DNA from: Candidatus Dormiibacterota bacterium
GTDB lineage: Bacteria; Chloroflexota; Dormibacteria; Aeolococcales; Aeolococcaceae
Direction: 5' to 3'
NCBI GenBank assembly: GCA_963709585.1
Contig: CAVPXI010000004.1
Span: 96,001-160,000 of the forward strand
Length of the DNA stretch: 64,000 nt
The notes beneath the pieces are model-generated. The model had not been told where the DNA came from, did not search any database, and was given only the letters and a program-made list of their open reading frames with translations. A program made the translations under genes and the position numbers. This document shows, piece by piece, positions 1-9,022 of this stretch. Numbering within the stretch: the first letter of the stretch is position 1; each line of letters begins with the position of its first letter.

Positions 1-1
1 G

Positions 2-526
2 CCGTCATTCGAAGCGGTCCCGAAGCCACCCCCAACCGCGGCGCCGCCGTTGAAATTGCCCGCATTCGAGGCCGTCCCGGCCTCGGTCGCCGTCGCTCAG
101 CAGCGACTCTCGAAACCCACCATCGGGATCCGTCCAGAGGCCGTCGACGTCGCCGGCCCGTTGAGTTCCGGCGGTTCCGGATGGAACATCCGCCGACGCG
201 AGGCGTGGAGGCCGAAGCGTGGACACCCAGCGCCGGCGGGCGGCCCCGCCTGGCAGACCAGGACGCTCCCGAACGCCAACCGAGATCGATCGGCGTGGAT
301 GGTGCCGGAAGCCAAGCGGATCCGCACGATCTCCCGCCGCCGCGTGGTCGGGACCGCGCTCGTGCTGGTCCTCGTGGCGATCGTGGCGTTCGCCGCCTAC
401 CTGTGGTTTGCCGGGCAGGCCCATCCCGCTCACACCAGCAGGACTTCGTCGGCGGTCGGCGCGCTCACCGCGATCCACACGCCGGTGACCCCGTCGAGCT
501 GGTCATGGACGGTGCCCACCCGCTGA
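2..526 (+). CDS. Hypothetical membrane-anchored Pro-rich protein (5'-truncated by window edge)
   Basis: Frame open from base 2; repeated P(S/A)FEAVP; basic stretch followed by one TM helix (VVGTALVLVLVAIVAFAAYLWF). Confidence 0.55.
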   Translation, partial: PSFEAVPKPPPTAAPPLKLPAFEAVPASVAVAQQRLSKPTIGIRPEAVDVAGPLSSGGSGWNIRRREAWRPKRGHPAPAGGPAWQTRTLPNANRDRSAWMVPEAKRIRTISRRRVVGTALVLVLVAIVAFAAYLWFAGQAHPAHTSRTSSAVGALTAIHTPVTPSSWSWTVPTR

Positions 527-559
527 CTTGCTCTGCGCCGACGATCGCGGCGTCTGAAC

Positions 560-1219
560 TCAGCGGCGCACGCCTCTGGAAGTCTGGACGACGACACTCG
601 CCGGCAACGCCGGGTCCGCGACGAGGGCATCCGCCCGTGGTGCGCCGAACGCCAGGCTCAGTGGTATCTCGCCAGCCCACACAGGCAGACTTCGGTCCGC
701 AGCGCCGTCGATGGGTGGCCCACTGCGCACCTTGGTCGATAGGTGATCGAGGGGAAGCTCCAGCACAAGAGTCGTGGCGATCTCCTTGACGCTGGGCTGG
801 CGCACCTCGGCCCAGCGACCCGGCAGCACGTGCTCCACCAAGCAGCGCATGGCTGCGAGCTTGGCGTCCGGATCGCCAATCTCCAAAGCCCTGCCGGCGA
901 TCACCACGGACCGGTAGTTCATGGAGTGCGAGAACGCGGAGCGAGCGAGCACCAAGCCGTCGAGCAACGTGACCGTCACCGACACGTCAATGCCGCCGGC
1001 CAGACCGCGAAGCATTCGGCTTGCCGGCGATCCGTGAAGATAGAGCAACTCGCCCTGTCGGGCGTACATGGTCGGGATGACCCATGGACGGCCCCCAACG
1101 ACGAACCCGACGTGGCAGATCAGCCCCTCATCGAGGATGGCGCGGGCAACGGCGCGGTCCGCCACCGCGCGCTCAGGGTGGCGCTCAACCTTTAGGGATG
1201 GTGCTAGATCGTCGCTCAT
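560..1219 (-). CDS. Pyridoxamine 5'-phosphate oxidase-like flavin-binding protein
   Basis: ILDEGLICHVG, LYLHGS, DGLVLARSAFSHSMNYRSVV, WAGEIPL motifs. Confidence 0.88.
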   Translation of the reverse strand: MSDDLAPSLKVERHPERAVADRAVARAILDEGLICHVGFVVGGRPWVIPTMYARQGELLYLHGSPASRMLRGLAGGIDVSVTVTLLDGLVLARSAFSHSMNYRSVVIAGRALEIGDPDAKLAAMRCLVEHVLPGRWAEVRQPSVKEIATTLVLELPLDHLSTKVRSGPPIDGAADRSLPVWAGEIPLSLAFGAPRADALVADPALPASVVVQTSRGVRR

Positions 1220-1370
1220 GACCCAACCTTTGTATCACTACGAACTGCGTAACGTTGCAGAACAAGCCTACCAAAGAGAGCGTTCGTCCGATCAGCGTCA
1301 TACCCCGGGCCCCCTCAAGCTGAAGACGTTATGCCCCAGCCAACGCGAGCGCCGGCCGACTGAGCATGCA

Positions 1371-2204
1371 GTGGTGATCGCTGAGCGCGCCCTGTCGAAT
1401 CGCCTTACCGGCATCACCGACCGCCGACGCATCGCGGTGGTGCAGGTCCGTGGCGCGATCGGAGGCGCGGCGCGCACTGATGATCTGATCCAGGCGCTCG
1501 GCCATGCGCGCCGGAGCGCGAGGATCCGCGCCGTTCTCCTCGAGATCGACTTACCCGGCGGCACCGCGATCGCGTCCGAGCAGCTGTACGTCGCGGTGCG
1601 GCGGCTCGCCGCGGGCAAGCCGGTGGTCGCATGGATCAAGGGTGTCGGAGCCTCGGGCGCGTACTTCCTGGCGTGCGCGGCGACACGTGTGCTCGCGTTT
1701 CCAAGCGCGCTGGTCGGGTCGATCGGGGTCATCAGCGTCCGCCCGGTCGTGGTCGACGCGCTCCGCCGCGCCGGCGCACGCGTCGTTGTCACCAAGACGG
1801 GCCCATTCAAGGATCTCGGCGCGCCCTGGCGGGAGCCCAGCGACGAGGACCAGGCGCACGAGCGCGAGCTCGTCGACGCCATCTTCCGGCGCTTCACCGG
1901 CGCGGTGCGAGCGGCCCGCGGCTACGACGACGAGGCCCTCGCGAGGGTCACCACAGGCGAGGTGTGGCTCGGCACCCGCGCCGCCGAGCTCGGGCTGATC
2001 GACGGGCTTGCCGATGACGAGGACACCGCCCTCGTGGCTGCCCAGGACCTGGCTTCCCTGCCGCATCACCTGACGGTCAGGCTCGGCGGGCGGCGCACAC
2101 TCCTGCAACGGCTGGGCGTCCCCGGCGCCGGCATGGGCCCGCCCGGCGAACGCTGGCTCGTCGAGATGGAGAGCTGGCTCGGCACGCCGAGGCTGCGCGC
2201 CTGA
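1371..2204 (+). CDS. sppA: S49 family signal peptide peptidase (SppA-like)
   Basis: D(L)PGG, GASGAY nucleophile, GSIGV, GPFKD, GEVWLG...GLID; start set at GTG 1371 because the ORF-track extension overlaps the divergent gene. Confidence 0.82.
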   Translation: MVIAERALSNRLTGITDRRRIAVVQVRGAIGGAARTDDLIQALGHARRSARIRAVLLEIDLPGGTAIASEQLYVAVRRLAAGKPVVAWIKGVGASGAYFLACAATRVLAFPSALVGSIGVISVRPVVVDALRRAGARVVVTKTGPFKDLGAPWREPSDEDQAHERELVDAIFRRFTGAVRAARGYDDEALARVTTGEVWLGTRAAELGLIDGLADDEDTALVAAQDLASLPHHLTVRLGGRRTLLQRLGVPGAGMGPPGERWLVEMESWLGTPRLRA

Positions 2205-2222
2205 GGGTCGTCTCGGACGCGA

Positions 2223-2924
2223 TCAGCGGGCGGCGCCGCGGCGGCGGTCGAGGCTGAAGAGCACCACCACCAGGACGACGAGCACGCCCACCAGTCCCCC
2301 GATGATGGCCACCCCGGGGATGCCGCCGGCGGCCGCTGGAGGCGTCGTGCCGTTGCCCCCCGGCCGTACAGCGGCGAAGTCACCCAGCTGGATCGAGGTC
2401 ACTTCGAAGGTGTTGCCGCAGCCGGCGTTCAAAGTGGACACCGGCGTCCACGAGGTGCCGTTGAAACGATCGATGGTGGGCGCCGGGATCGATGTCAGGC
2501 CGCGCAGGATGATGAACACGGCCAGCGATGGCGATGGCTCGAGCTCGGTGCCGGACGGATCGACCGCCGAGAACCGGTAGACGTTGCCTTCGATGCTGCC
2601 GTTCGGGGGCTTGGTGGCGGGTGCCGGCACCGGGGTGATGCTCACGGTCACCGGGGTCGAGTTGTCGAAGGTTCCGGCTTCCATGAGGATCGTGGCCTGG
2701 GGTGGGGTCTCGCCGGTGAGCACCTGCGACGGGGGGAAGCTGGCGGCCTTGGGAAAGGTCCTGCTCGCGGGCTGTGGGGCCGGACTGCCGCCCAGGGTCA
2801 CGTAGGGGTTGGCGATGCACTGCCCGTCATAGATCGGCGGCGAACCGGCGGGAAGGAACCGCCAGACCAGTGTCAGCGCGACCACCGAAGTGAGGATCAC
2901 AACCCAGCCCCGTCGCGCGGTCAC
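2223..2924 (-). CDS. Exported protein with C-terminal TM anchor and basic tail
   Basis: GTGA overlap with upstream stop at 2921-2924; N-terminal hydrophobic segment; Pro/Thr-rich body with 2 Cys; ends GGIPG-TM-DRRRGAAR. Confidence 0.7.
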   Translation of the reverse strand: MTARRGWVVILTSVVALTLVWRFLPAGSPPIYDGQCIANPYVTLGGSPAPQPASRTFPKAASFPPSQVLTGETPPQATILMEAGTFDNSTPVTVSITPVPAPATKPPNGSIEGNVYRFSAVDPSGTELEPSPSLAVFIILRGLTSIPAPTIDRFNGTSWTPVSTLNAGCGNTFEVTSIQLGDFAAVRPGGNGTTPPAAAGGIPGVAIIGGLVGVLVVLVVVLFSLDRRRGAAR

Positions 2925-3520
2925 AGCAACCACCCGCCCGCGAGGTCGGCGATGACGTGGGCCACCGCAGGGGCGAGGACGCCGCCGCTCACGATGCGCA
3001 GCCCGCCGAGGAGCATCCCGGCGGCGAGATCGAGCGGCAGCGAACCGATGCCGTAGAGGGGCACGTGCATCGCCGCGAAAAGCAGCGTGGTGGCGACCAG
3101 GGCTCCACGGTCGCCGCCAAAGGATCGGACGGTGTCGAAGAGCGCCCCACGCAGCGCCACCTCCTCGCTGACAGCGACCAGCGTGACCACCGGCGTCCAG
3201 AGGGCCAGACCCGCGTTGACCGGGGCCACCTGGATGCCGGGGCCGCCATGCGCGACAACCCACGTCGCGATCAGGGTTCCGCCTCCGGCAGCCCCGAGCG
3301 CGACGGCGGCCATCCTGGGTCGCGCCGGACGCCATCCGGCGGCAACCGCGACCGCCAGCAGCGCAACCGCGAACCCAACGCCTGCCGGCATCGAAGCGGC
3401 GGTGTACGGCGCGCCGAGGGCGCTGCGCAGCGCGGCGGCGGTGGCGATCCCGGCGATGCACAGCGCCGAGCGCGTCGCGCCACGCCCGCGGATCATGACC
3501 CGATCGCGTTCGGAAACCAA
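2921..3520 (-). CDS. CPBP (type II CAAX/Abi) intramembrane glutamic endopeptidase
   Basis: EEVALRG, FAAMH, AHVIAD motifs; multiple TM helices. Confidence 0.88.
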   Translation of the reverse strand: MVSERDRVMIRGRGATRSALCIAGIATAAALRSALGAPYTAASMPAGVGFAVALLAVAVAAGWRPARPRMAAVALGAAGGGTLIATWVVAHGGPGIQVAPVNAGLALWTPVVTLVAVSEEVALRGALFDTVRSFGGDRGALVATTLLFAAMHVPLYGIGSLPLDLAAGMLLGGLRIVSGGVLAPAVAHVIADLAGGWLL

Positions 3521-3540
3521 CGCCCCCGCCGCCGTCGGAG

Positions 3541-5077
3541 CTACCTCGCCGGTCCGGGCGCGGCTCGCGCCGGGGCAACCTCAGGTCGGCCCGGCTGGTC
3601 GCTCGAGGCGGCGGTCAGGAGCGGCTCGATCGCGGCCACCGCCAGGGTCGCGGTCTCGAGTGCGGCCGCCTCGAAACCACCGGGTGCGAAGCGTTCGCAC
3701 ACCACCACCGCGGCGACCTGGTCGTCACGAACCACCGGGAGCAGCAGCCGCGAGGCCGTCTCGATGTTGGATCGCCGCTGCGCGCGATACGACGCCGCCT
3801 CGGTCACCAGCACCGGCCGCCGGTGGGCGATGACATGCGCGAGCAGGCCGTCGGGCAGGCCGGAGGAGGCGTCACCCCGCGCCGGAAGGAGATACGCGCG
3901 GTCTGCACCGACCTCGTTGGCGAGGCGGGCGAGGCCGCCTTGCACGCCGTGGTCGATTGCGACCGACGCCCACATCGACGGGCTGTGGTGGAGGTGCGCC
4001 CGGTTGACCAGGCCGTTCAGCAGCATCGCCACCAATGCCGCCGCAAGACCGGCGATCACACTCGCGACCCCGATGTCGAGGAGCACGGCGTAGACGCAGA
4101 ACATGACGCACCCGCTCAGCAGTGCGAACTCCAGGTAGTGACGCGGCCCCCCGCCGCCGCGACGCTGGTCCCCGAAGGTCAGGCGCCAGTTCAGCGCGGT
4201 GTTCCAGGCCGCGCTCAGCCCGAAGGCCGGGATGAAGGCGATGAGCGGGTTCAGACGCACAATCCCGGCGAGGATCGCGAGCACAGGTAGGAACACGCAC
4301 AGCCCGCTAAGCCCGACCAGCCCGAACTTCCACACCCGTGCCGATCCCGGGACGTCGAAGAAGAGTGACCTGAGGTGGCGCAGGTAGAGCAGCCCCTGCC
4401 GAGCCGTCGCCTTGCTCACTCCTTCCGCGCGTGCTGCCTGGGTCACCGGGACATCGACGACGCGCAGGGCGGGAACGCAGACGAGGAGCTCGAGGAGGAT
4501 CTTGAATCCCACCGGCCGGAACTCGATGCCGTCGATCAACGCGCGCCAGGCACAGGAAAAAGCCCGAGAGCGGGTCGGAGCTCTGGCGCGCCTCCTTGAA
4601 CAGCAGGCGCGCGACGTCCGTGGCCGCGCGGCTCACCAGACGTCGCACCGGGGTGCCGAGGCCCTCATGGCTCCCGCCTGGCGCGTAGCGGCTCGCGACC
4701 ACGAGATCCGCGCCGCGTTCGGCCTCGCCGAGCAGCACCGGGATGAGCTCGGGCGGATGCTGCAGGTCGGCGTCCATGACGCAGACATACAGCCCGCGAG
4801 CCATGTGCAGCCCGGCGACGACCGCCGTGCTCAGGCCGCCCTTGCGGTCGGCTCCCTGACGGAGGAGGCAGCGGATCGACGGGTTGGACTGGGCCAGGTC
4901 GAGGAGCAGATCCCCGGTGCCGTCGTCGCTGTCGTCGACAAAGCAGATCTCGAACGGAGTGGCGGCGAGTGCGGCGGTGACCCTGCCGACCAGGGGTTGG
5001 ATGTTGTTCGCCTCGTTGCGGGTCGGAACGACGAGGCTGACGACTGGCGCGCCGCCGCGCGGCCGTTCGGGGGTCAC
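3541..5077 (-). CDS. Polyprenol-phosphate mannose synthase-like GT2 fused to GtrA-like and GAF-like domains (frameshift at ~4548)
   Basis: VVPTRNE, FVDDSDDGT, MDADLQHPP, DPLSGFF, then GFKILLE, KFGLVGLSG TM bundle and a GAF-like tail in the next frame; removing A4548 joins the frames. Confidence 0.8.
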
Positions 5078-5144
5078 GGGCAAAGAATAGGCGCGAAACC
5101 CCGCGACGGCGAAACGCCGGGCGATCGGCGGTCGCGCGAATCGC

Positions 5145-5696
5145 TCAGAGGCTGGCCGCGACGAGCAGCGCGATCAGGATGAACAGCAGCACCGCGTCGG
5201 GCAGCATCGCCAGCGCGACCGCGACGAACGGGGTCACGTCGAACACCGAGTACACGGCGAGCGCAGTCAGATAGAGAAACCAGGCGAGCAACGGCAGGGT
5301 CAGCCAGGCGATCAGCAACTCGGCGACGCTGCCAGCGCCGGCGGCGGCTTCGATGACGGAAAGGAGCGCGTAGGCGATCCAGGGGATGAACGTGAACCCG
5401 CTCACCGCCAGGTAGCGGCGCCACCGGCCCGATCGTGCAGACAGTCCCGCCGCGGCATCGATGATCAGCGCGGCGGCGACCCAGTAGACAAGAAAGAGCA
5501 GCGGGAGCAGTAGGGAGGCCACCGTTCCCGCACCGCCCCCGCCCCCGATCTGGTTGGCGAGCAAGCCGAGCGCGAGCGCGATGACCGCGCTGCCCACGAC
5601 CGCGGCAAAGCCGAGCGCGAGGCGCGGCGAACCCGCGAGTGCGGCGAAGGCGCTTCTCGGCCGGACCACGACCCCGATCACCGTCACGGGCACCAC
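5145..5696 (-). CDS. Yip1-family membrane protein
   Basis: RPRSAFAAL start motif, about 5 TM helices. Confidence 0.7.
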   Translation of the reverse strand: MVPVTVIGVVVRPRSAFAALAGSPRLALGFAAVVGSAVIALALGLLANQIGGGGGAGTVASLLLPLLFLVYWVAAALIIDAAAGLSARSGRWRRYLAVSGFTFIPWIAYALLSVIEAAAGAGSVAELLIAWLTLPLLAWFLYLTALAVYSVFDVTPFVAVALAMLPDAVLLFILIALLVAASL

Positions 5697-5751
5697 GGTA
5701 GACGACGCACCCTGGGGTGTGACCCGGGGCGCCGGGAGTAGCGGCGCACCC

Positions 5752-5782
5752 TGTTATACTTGCTTAGGTCAATCTGACCTAA
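5752..5782 (+). promoter_or_regulatory. nadA extended -10 (TGTTATACT) plus palindromic operator TTAGGTCAATCTGACCTAA
   Basis: Perfect 8-3-8 inverted repeat at 5764-5782 over the predicted start site; GT-N7-AC core as in NrtR boxes. Confidence 0.75.
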
Positions 5783-5818
5783 ATCCACAGACCCTGTGCA
5801 AACAGGACAGGTGGCGGG

Positions 5819-6826
5819 GTGATCACAGCAGAGCGGGACGTTGCCACAGAGGACCGGGCCAGGCTTCTGGACCGGATCGAGCGGTTGCGACACGAGCGCA
5901 ACGCGGTGATCCTGGCGCACAACTACCAGCGTCCCGAGGTCCAGGACATCGCCGACTTCGTCGGCGATTCGCTCGGTCTCTCGCAGCAGGCAGCCGCCAC
6001 CGACGCATCGGTGATCGTCTTCTGCGGCGTCCATTTCATGGCCGAGACCGCGGCGATCCTTTCACCCACGAAAACGGTGCTCCTGCCCGATCTCGAGGCA
6101 GGCTGCTCGCTCGCCGCAACCATCGACGCTGACCAGCTGCGCGCGTGGCGGGCTCAGCACCCCGGAGCGGTCGTCGTCTCGTACGTCAACACCACCGCTG
6201 AGGTCAAGGCCCTCTCCGACTACTGCTGCACCTCCTCGAACGCCGAGGCGGTGATTCGATCGATCCCGCCGGACCGGGAGATCCTCTTCTGCCCCGACAT
6301 GTTCCTCGGCGCCCACCTGGAGCGGGTCACCGGTCGCACGTTGCACGTCTGGATGGGGGAGTGCCACGTGCATGCCGGCATCGTCCCCGAGCGGCTCGAC
6401 GCGATGCGCCGCGAGCACCCGGACGCCGAGTTGCTCATCCACCCCGAATGCGGGTGCACGTCATCGACGCTGTATCGCATGTCATCCGGCGACATCACCG
6501 GCCCGGCAACGGTGGTGACCTCCACCGAGGGCATGGTCAGGCGGGCGGCCGATTCCCCCGCGTCGACCTTCATCGTCGCCACCGAGGTCGGCATCCTCCA
6601 CCGCATGCGCGAGCAGTCGCCGGGCAAGCGCTTCCTGGCGGCGTCCGAGGCCGCCGTCTGCCCCTACATGAAGAAGATCACCCTCGAGAAGGTGGCGCGT
6701 TCCCTCGAGGTCATGGGACCGCGAGTGACCGTCGACCCTGCTGTCGCCGCCCAGGCGAGAGGCGCCATCGATCGGATGCTCGCGATCGCCCCGACCGGCG
6801 CTCCCCGGATCTCGACCGCGGCCTGA
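5819..6826 (+). CDS. nadA: Quinolinate synthase
   Basis: ILAHNYQ, GDSL, FCGVHFMAETA, AGCSLA, YVNT, CHVH, HPEC, CPYMK. Confidence 0.97.
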   Translation: MITAERDVATEDRARLLDRIERLRHERNAVILAHNYQRPEVQDIADFVGDSLGLSQQAAATDASVIVFCGVHFMAETAAILSPTKTVLLPDLEAGCSLAATIDADQLRAWRAQHPGAVVVSYVNTTAEVKALSDYCCTSSNAEAVIRSIPPDREILFCPDMFLGAHLERVTGRTLHVWMGECHVHAGIVPERLDAMRREHPDAELLIHPECGCTSSTLYRMSSGDITGPATVVTSTEGMVRRAADSPASTFIVATEVGILHRMREQSPGKRFLAASEAAVCPYMKKITLEKVARSLEVMGPRVTVDPAVAAQARGAIDRMLAIAPTGAPRISTAA

Positions 6827-6932
6827 GCGCCGGCACGTCCACGGGGCTGACGCCTATGTCAGCATCCCTCGCGTGTGCGATTCCCCCGAGGTGCGCGAGT
6901 GCCGAACCGGTCGTGCGAGACCGGCAATGGGC

Positions 6933-6967
6933 AAAAAAAAGACCGGAGGGGGAACCCTCCGGCCTTT
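6933..6967 (-). terminator. Intrinsic terminator on minus strand (may act weakly for nadA on plus)
   Basis: Minus strand reads GGCCGGAGGG-TTCC-CCCTCCGGTC-T8. Confidence 0.85.
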
Positions 6968-7035
6968 CAGGAAGGGAATGAGTTTCACACGTGGGCAGCC
7001 TGGGAACTGCGGGCCTTGACTGTACCCCTCGCCTC
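6933..7035 (-). ncRNA. Candidate ~100-nt small RNA
   Basis: TGC-TATCCT extended -10 at 7046-7038, strong terminator, no minus-strand CDS to explain them. Confidence 0.55.
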
Positions 7036-7075
7036 TCAGGATAGCAGTAAAGGAACCTCCAATTCTTGTAAATAG

Positions 7076-9022
7076 ATGTCAACCGAAGTACTGACCTCAG
7101 AGCCTAGCAAACTCGAGAGCGACGGCGGCGTCCCGCTGGTCCGGGCGGGGCTTCGGGGGTTCCTGGACCTGGGGCGCTTCGATGTCATCGCGGTGATCGC
7201 GCTCGTGCTGGTGGCGTTCGGGCTGCGCGTGGCCAGCCCGATCTTCCCGGACTTTCTGAGCGGGGGCGGGACCGTGAGCGCGCTCGGGGTCGGCTATCCG
7301 ACCACCCGCGGGTCGAGCGCCGAATGCACCCAGGTGCCCGTCGGCCCGCCGGGGGTGGTTGCCGGCGTCAAGGTCAGCCACATCGATGTGAGCGTCTGCG
7401 GCTACGTCTTCGACGAGATCTATTTCCCGGTCGACGCCGCCAAGGACCTGCGCCAACCCGCCGAGTCGTACTTCGACCCCGAGCCGCCGCTGGCCAAGCT
7501 GCTGATGGCCCCACCGATCGCGATTTTCGGCTTCAACAGCTGGACCTGGCGGCTGAGCACGACCCTCTTCGGCAGCCTGCTCGTCGGAGTCATGTACCTG
7601 GTTGCGCTGCGCCTCCGCCGCGATCGCTTCTTCGCCCTCGTCACCGCGGCGCTCATCTGCTTCGACGGGCTCGCGTTCGTCGAATCGCGCACCGGCGTCA
7701 TCGACATCATCGCGATCTTCTTCGTCGCGCTCTTCTATTACGTGTTCCTGCTCCACTGGCAGGCACGGACCCGCGCGCAATGGCGCGCCACCTTGTACGT
7801 GATGGCGGGCATCGCCGGACTCGCGTTTGCGGCAAAGCTCACCGCGCTCGCTCCACTGGTGGTGGCCGCTGGCCTGATCGTGGTGCGCGGGATCGCCCCG
7901 TACCTCGCCGGATTCATTCCCTGGCTGCGCCGCATCGCCGGGCCGGGACGCGCCGAGACGATCATGTGGCGGCACGCTGCGGGCTCACGGGCGATCCTCC
8001 ATTACGTCGCGGGCGGCCTCATAGCGCTCGCCATCTTCGGCGCGTCCTTCTCGCGCTACGAGACGATCCAGCACCAGGACGTGTACTTCTTCACGAGCTG
8101 CAATCCCGCGGTTCCCGGCCTGCCCGGGACGCCGAAGACGCTCAACGTCCCCGTGGTGCACGTCGGATCAGTGCCGGTGCCGAACCCCGTCGAGGCGATC
8201 GACAACATCGTGCAGATCACCGCGGCGTCGCTGCGCTACCACGCCGAGGAATGTCACAGCCATCCGTACTCCTCGCTCTGGCTGACCTGGCCGATCATGG
8301 AGCACCCGGTGCTCTTCTATGCGACGTCCCAGCCGAACAACGGGCCGGTCGCGGAGATCACCGACATGGGCAACCCCGCGCTCTGGTGGCTCGGCATTCT
8401 CGCCCTGCTGTTCTGCGTGTGGCGGATGACACGCGGGCCGAACTGGTGGCGCCTGCTGGTCGCGCTCATCGGGCTCGGCTCGCTCGCCGCGATGATCATC
8501 CTGTACCAGGCGGCCGTCCGTTATCACAACCCAACCAACTTCAACACGTCGTACACCGCGGCGCAGTTCACCGCGTTGTTCCACCAGCAACCGTCGTCAC
8601 AGTACGAGATCGCGCGAACCTCACCCGGGTTCGGTTTTGTCGTCGCTTTCGCGGGCATGTTCGTCTTCGCGGCGCTGGTCACCGTGTCCGCGGTGATCTC
8701 ACGACGATTCGTGCCGGCGTTCATCGTGCTCGGGTACATCGCGTCGTGGATGATGTGGGTGCCTGGCAATGAGCGGCGAGTCCTGTTCTTCTATCACGCG
8801 CTCGGCATCCTGCTGTTCACCGCGCTCGCGCTCGCGTACGCGCTGACCGCGCTCCGCGGCGTCCGAGTGCGCATCGGCGGCCGGCGGATATCGCTGGCGC
8901 CGGTCGCGTACGCCCTGGTCGGCAGCGTGCTCGCCGCATTCATCTTCTTCTACCCGATCTGGACGGCCATGCCGCAGAGCCCGGCCGACCAGCAGATGAG
9001 GATCTGGGTCGACGTCGGGTGA
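7076..9022 (+). CDS. Protein O-mannosyltransferase-like GT-C (PMT/GT39)
   Basis: VFDEIYF, EPPLAKLL, SRT..ID, HPYSS..WP, GNPALWW, FFYH, FFYPIW. Confidence 0.85.
   Translation: MSTEVLTSEPSKLESDGGVPLVRAGLRGFLDLGRFDVIAVIALVLVAFGLRVASPIFPDFLSGGGTVSALGVGYPTTRGSSAECTQVPVGPPGVVAGVKVSHIDVSVCGYVFDEIYFPVDAAKDLRQPAESYFDPEPPLAKLLMAPPIAIFGFNSWTWRLSTTLFGSLLVGVMYLVALRLRRDRFFALVTAALICFDGLAFVESRTGVIDIIAIFFVALFYYVFLLHWQARTRAQWRATLYVMAGIAGLAFAAKLTALAPLVVAAGLIVVRGIAPYLAGFIPWLRRIAGPGRAETIMWRHAAGSRAILHYVAGGLIALAIFGASFSRYETIQHQDVYFFTSCNPAVPGLPGTPKTLNVPVVHVGSVPVPNPVEAIDNIVQITAASLRYHAEECHSHPYSSLWLTWPIMEHPVLFYATSQPNNGPVAEITDMGNPALWWLGILALLFCVWRMTRGPNWWRLLVALIGLGSLAAMIILYQAAVRYHNPTNFNTSYTAAQFTALFHQQPSSQYEIARTSPGFGFVVAFAGMFVFAALVTVSAVISRRFVPAFIVLGYIASWMMWVPGNERRVLFFYHALGILLFTALALAYALTALRGVRVRIGGRRISLAPVAYALVGSVLAAFIFFYPIWTAMPQSPADQQMRIWVDVG

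Noticed and set aside
6969-7019. 13-aa plus-strand ORF after AGGAAGGGA
   Set aside because: SD abuts the ATG and lies just after a terminator; better explained as the complement of the sRNA seed
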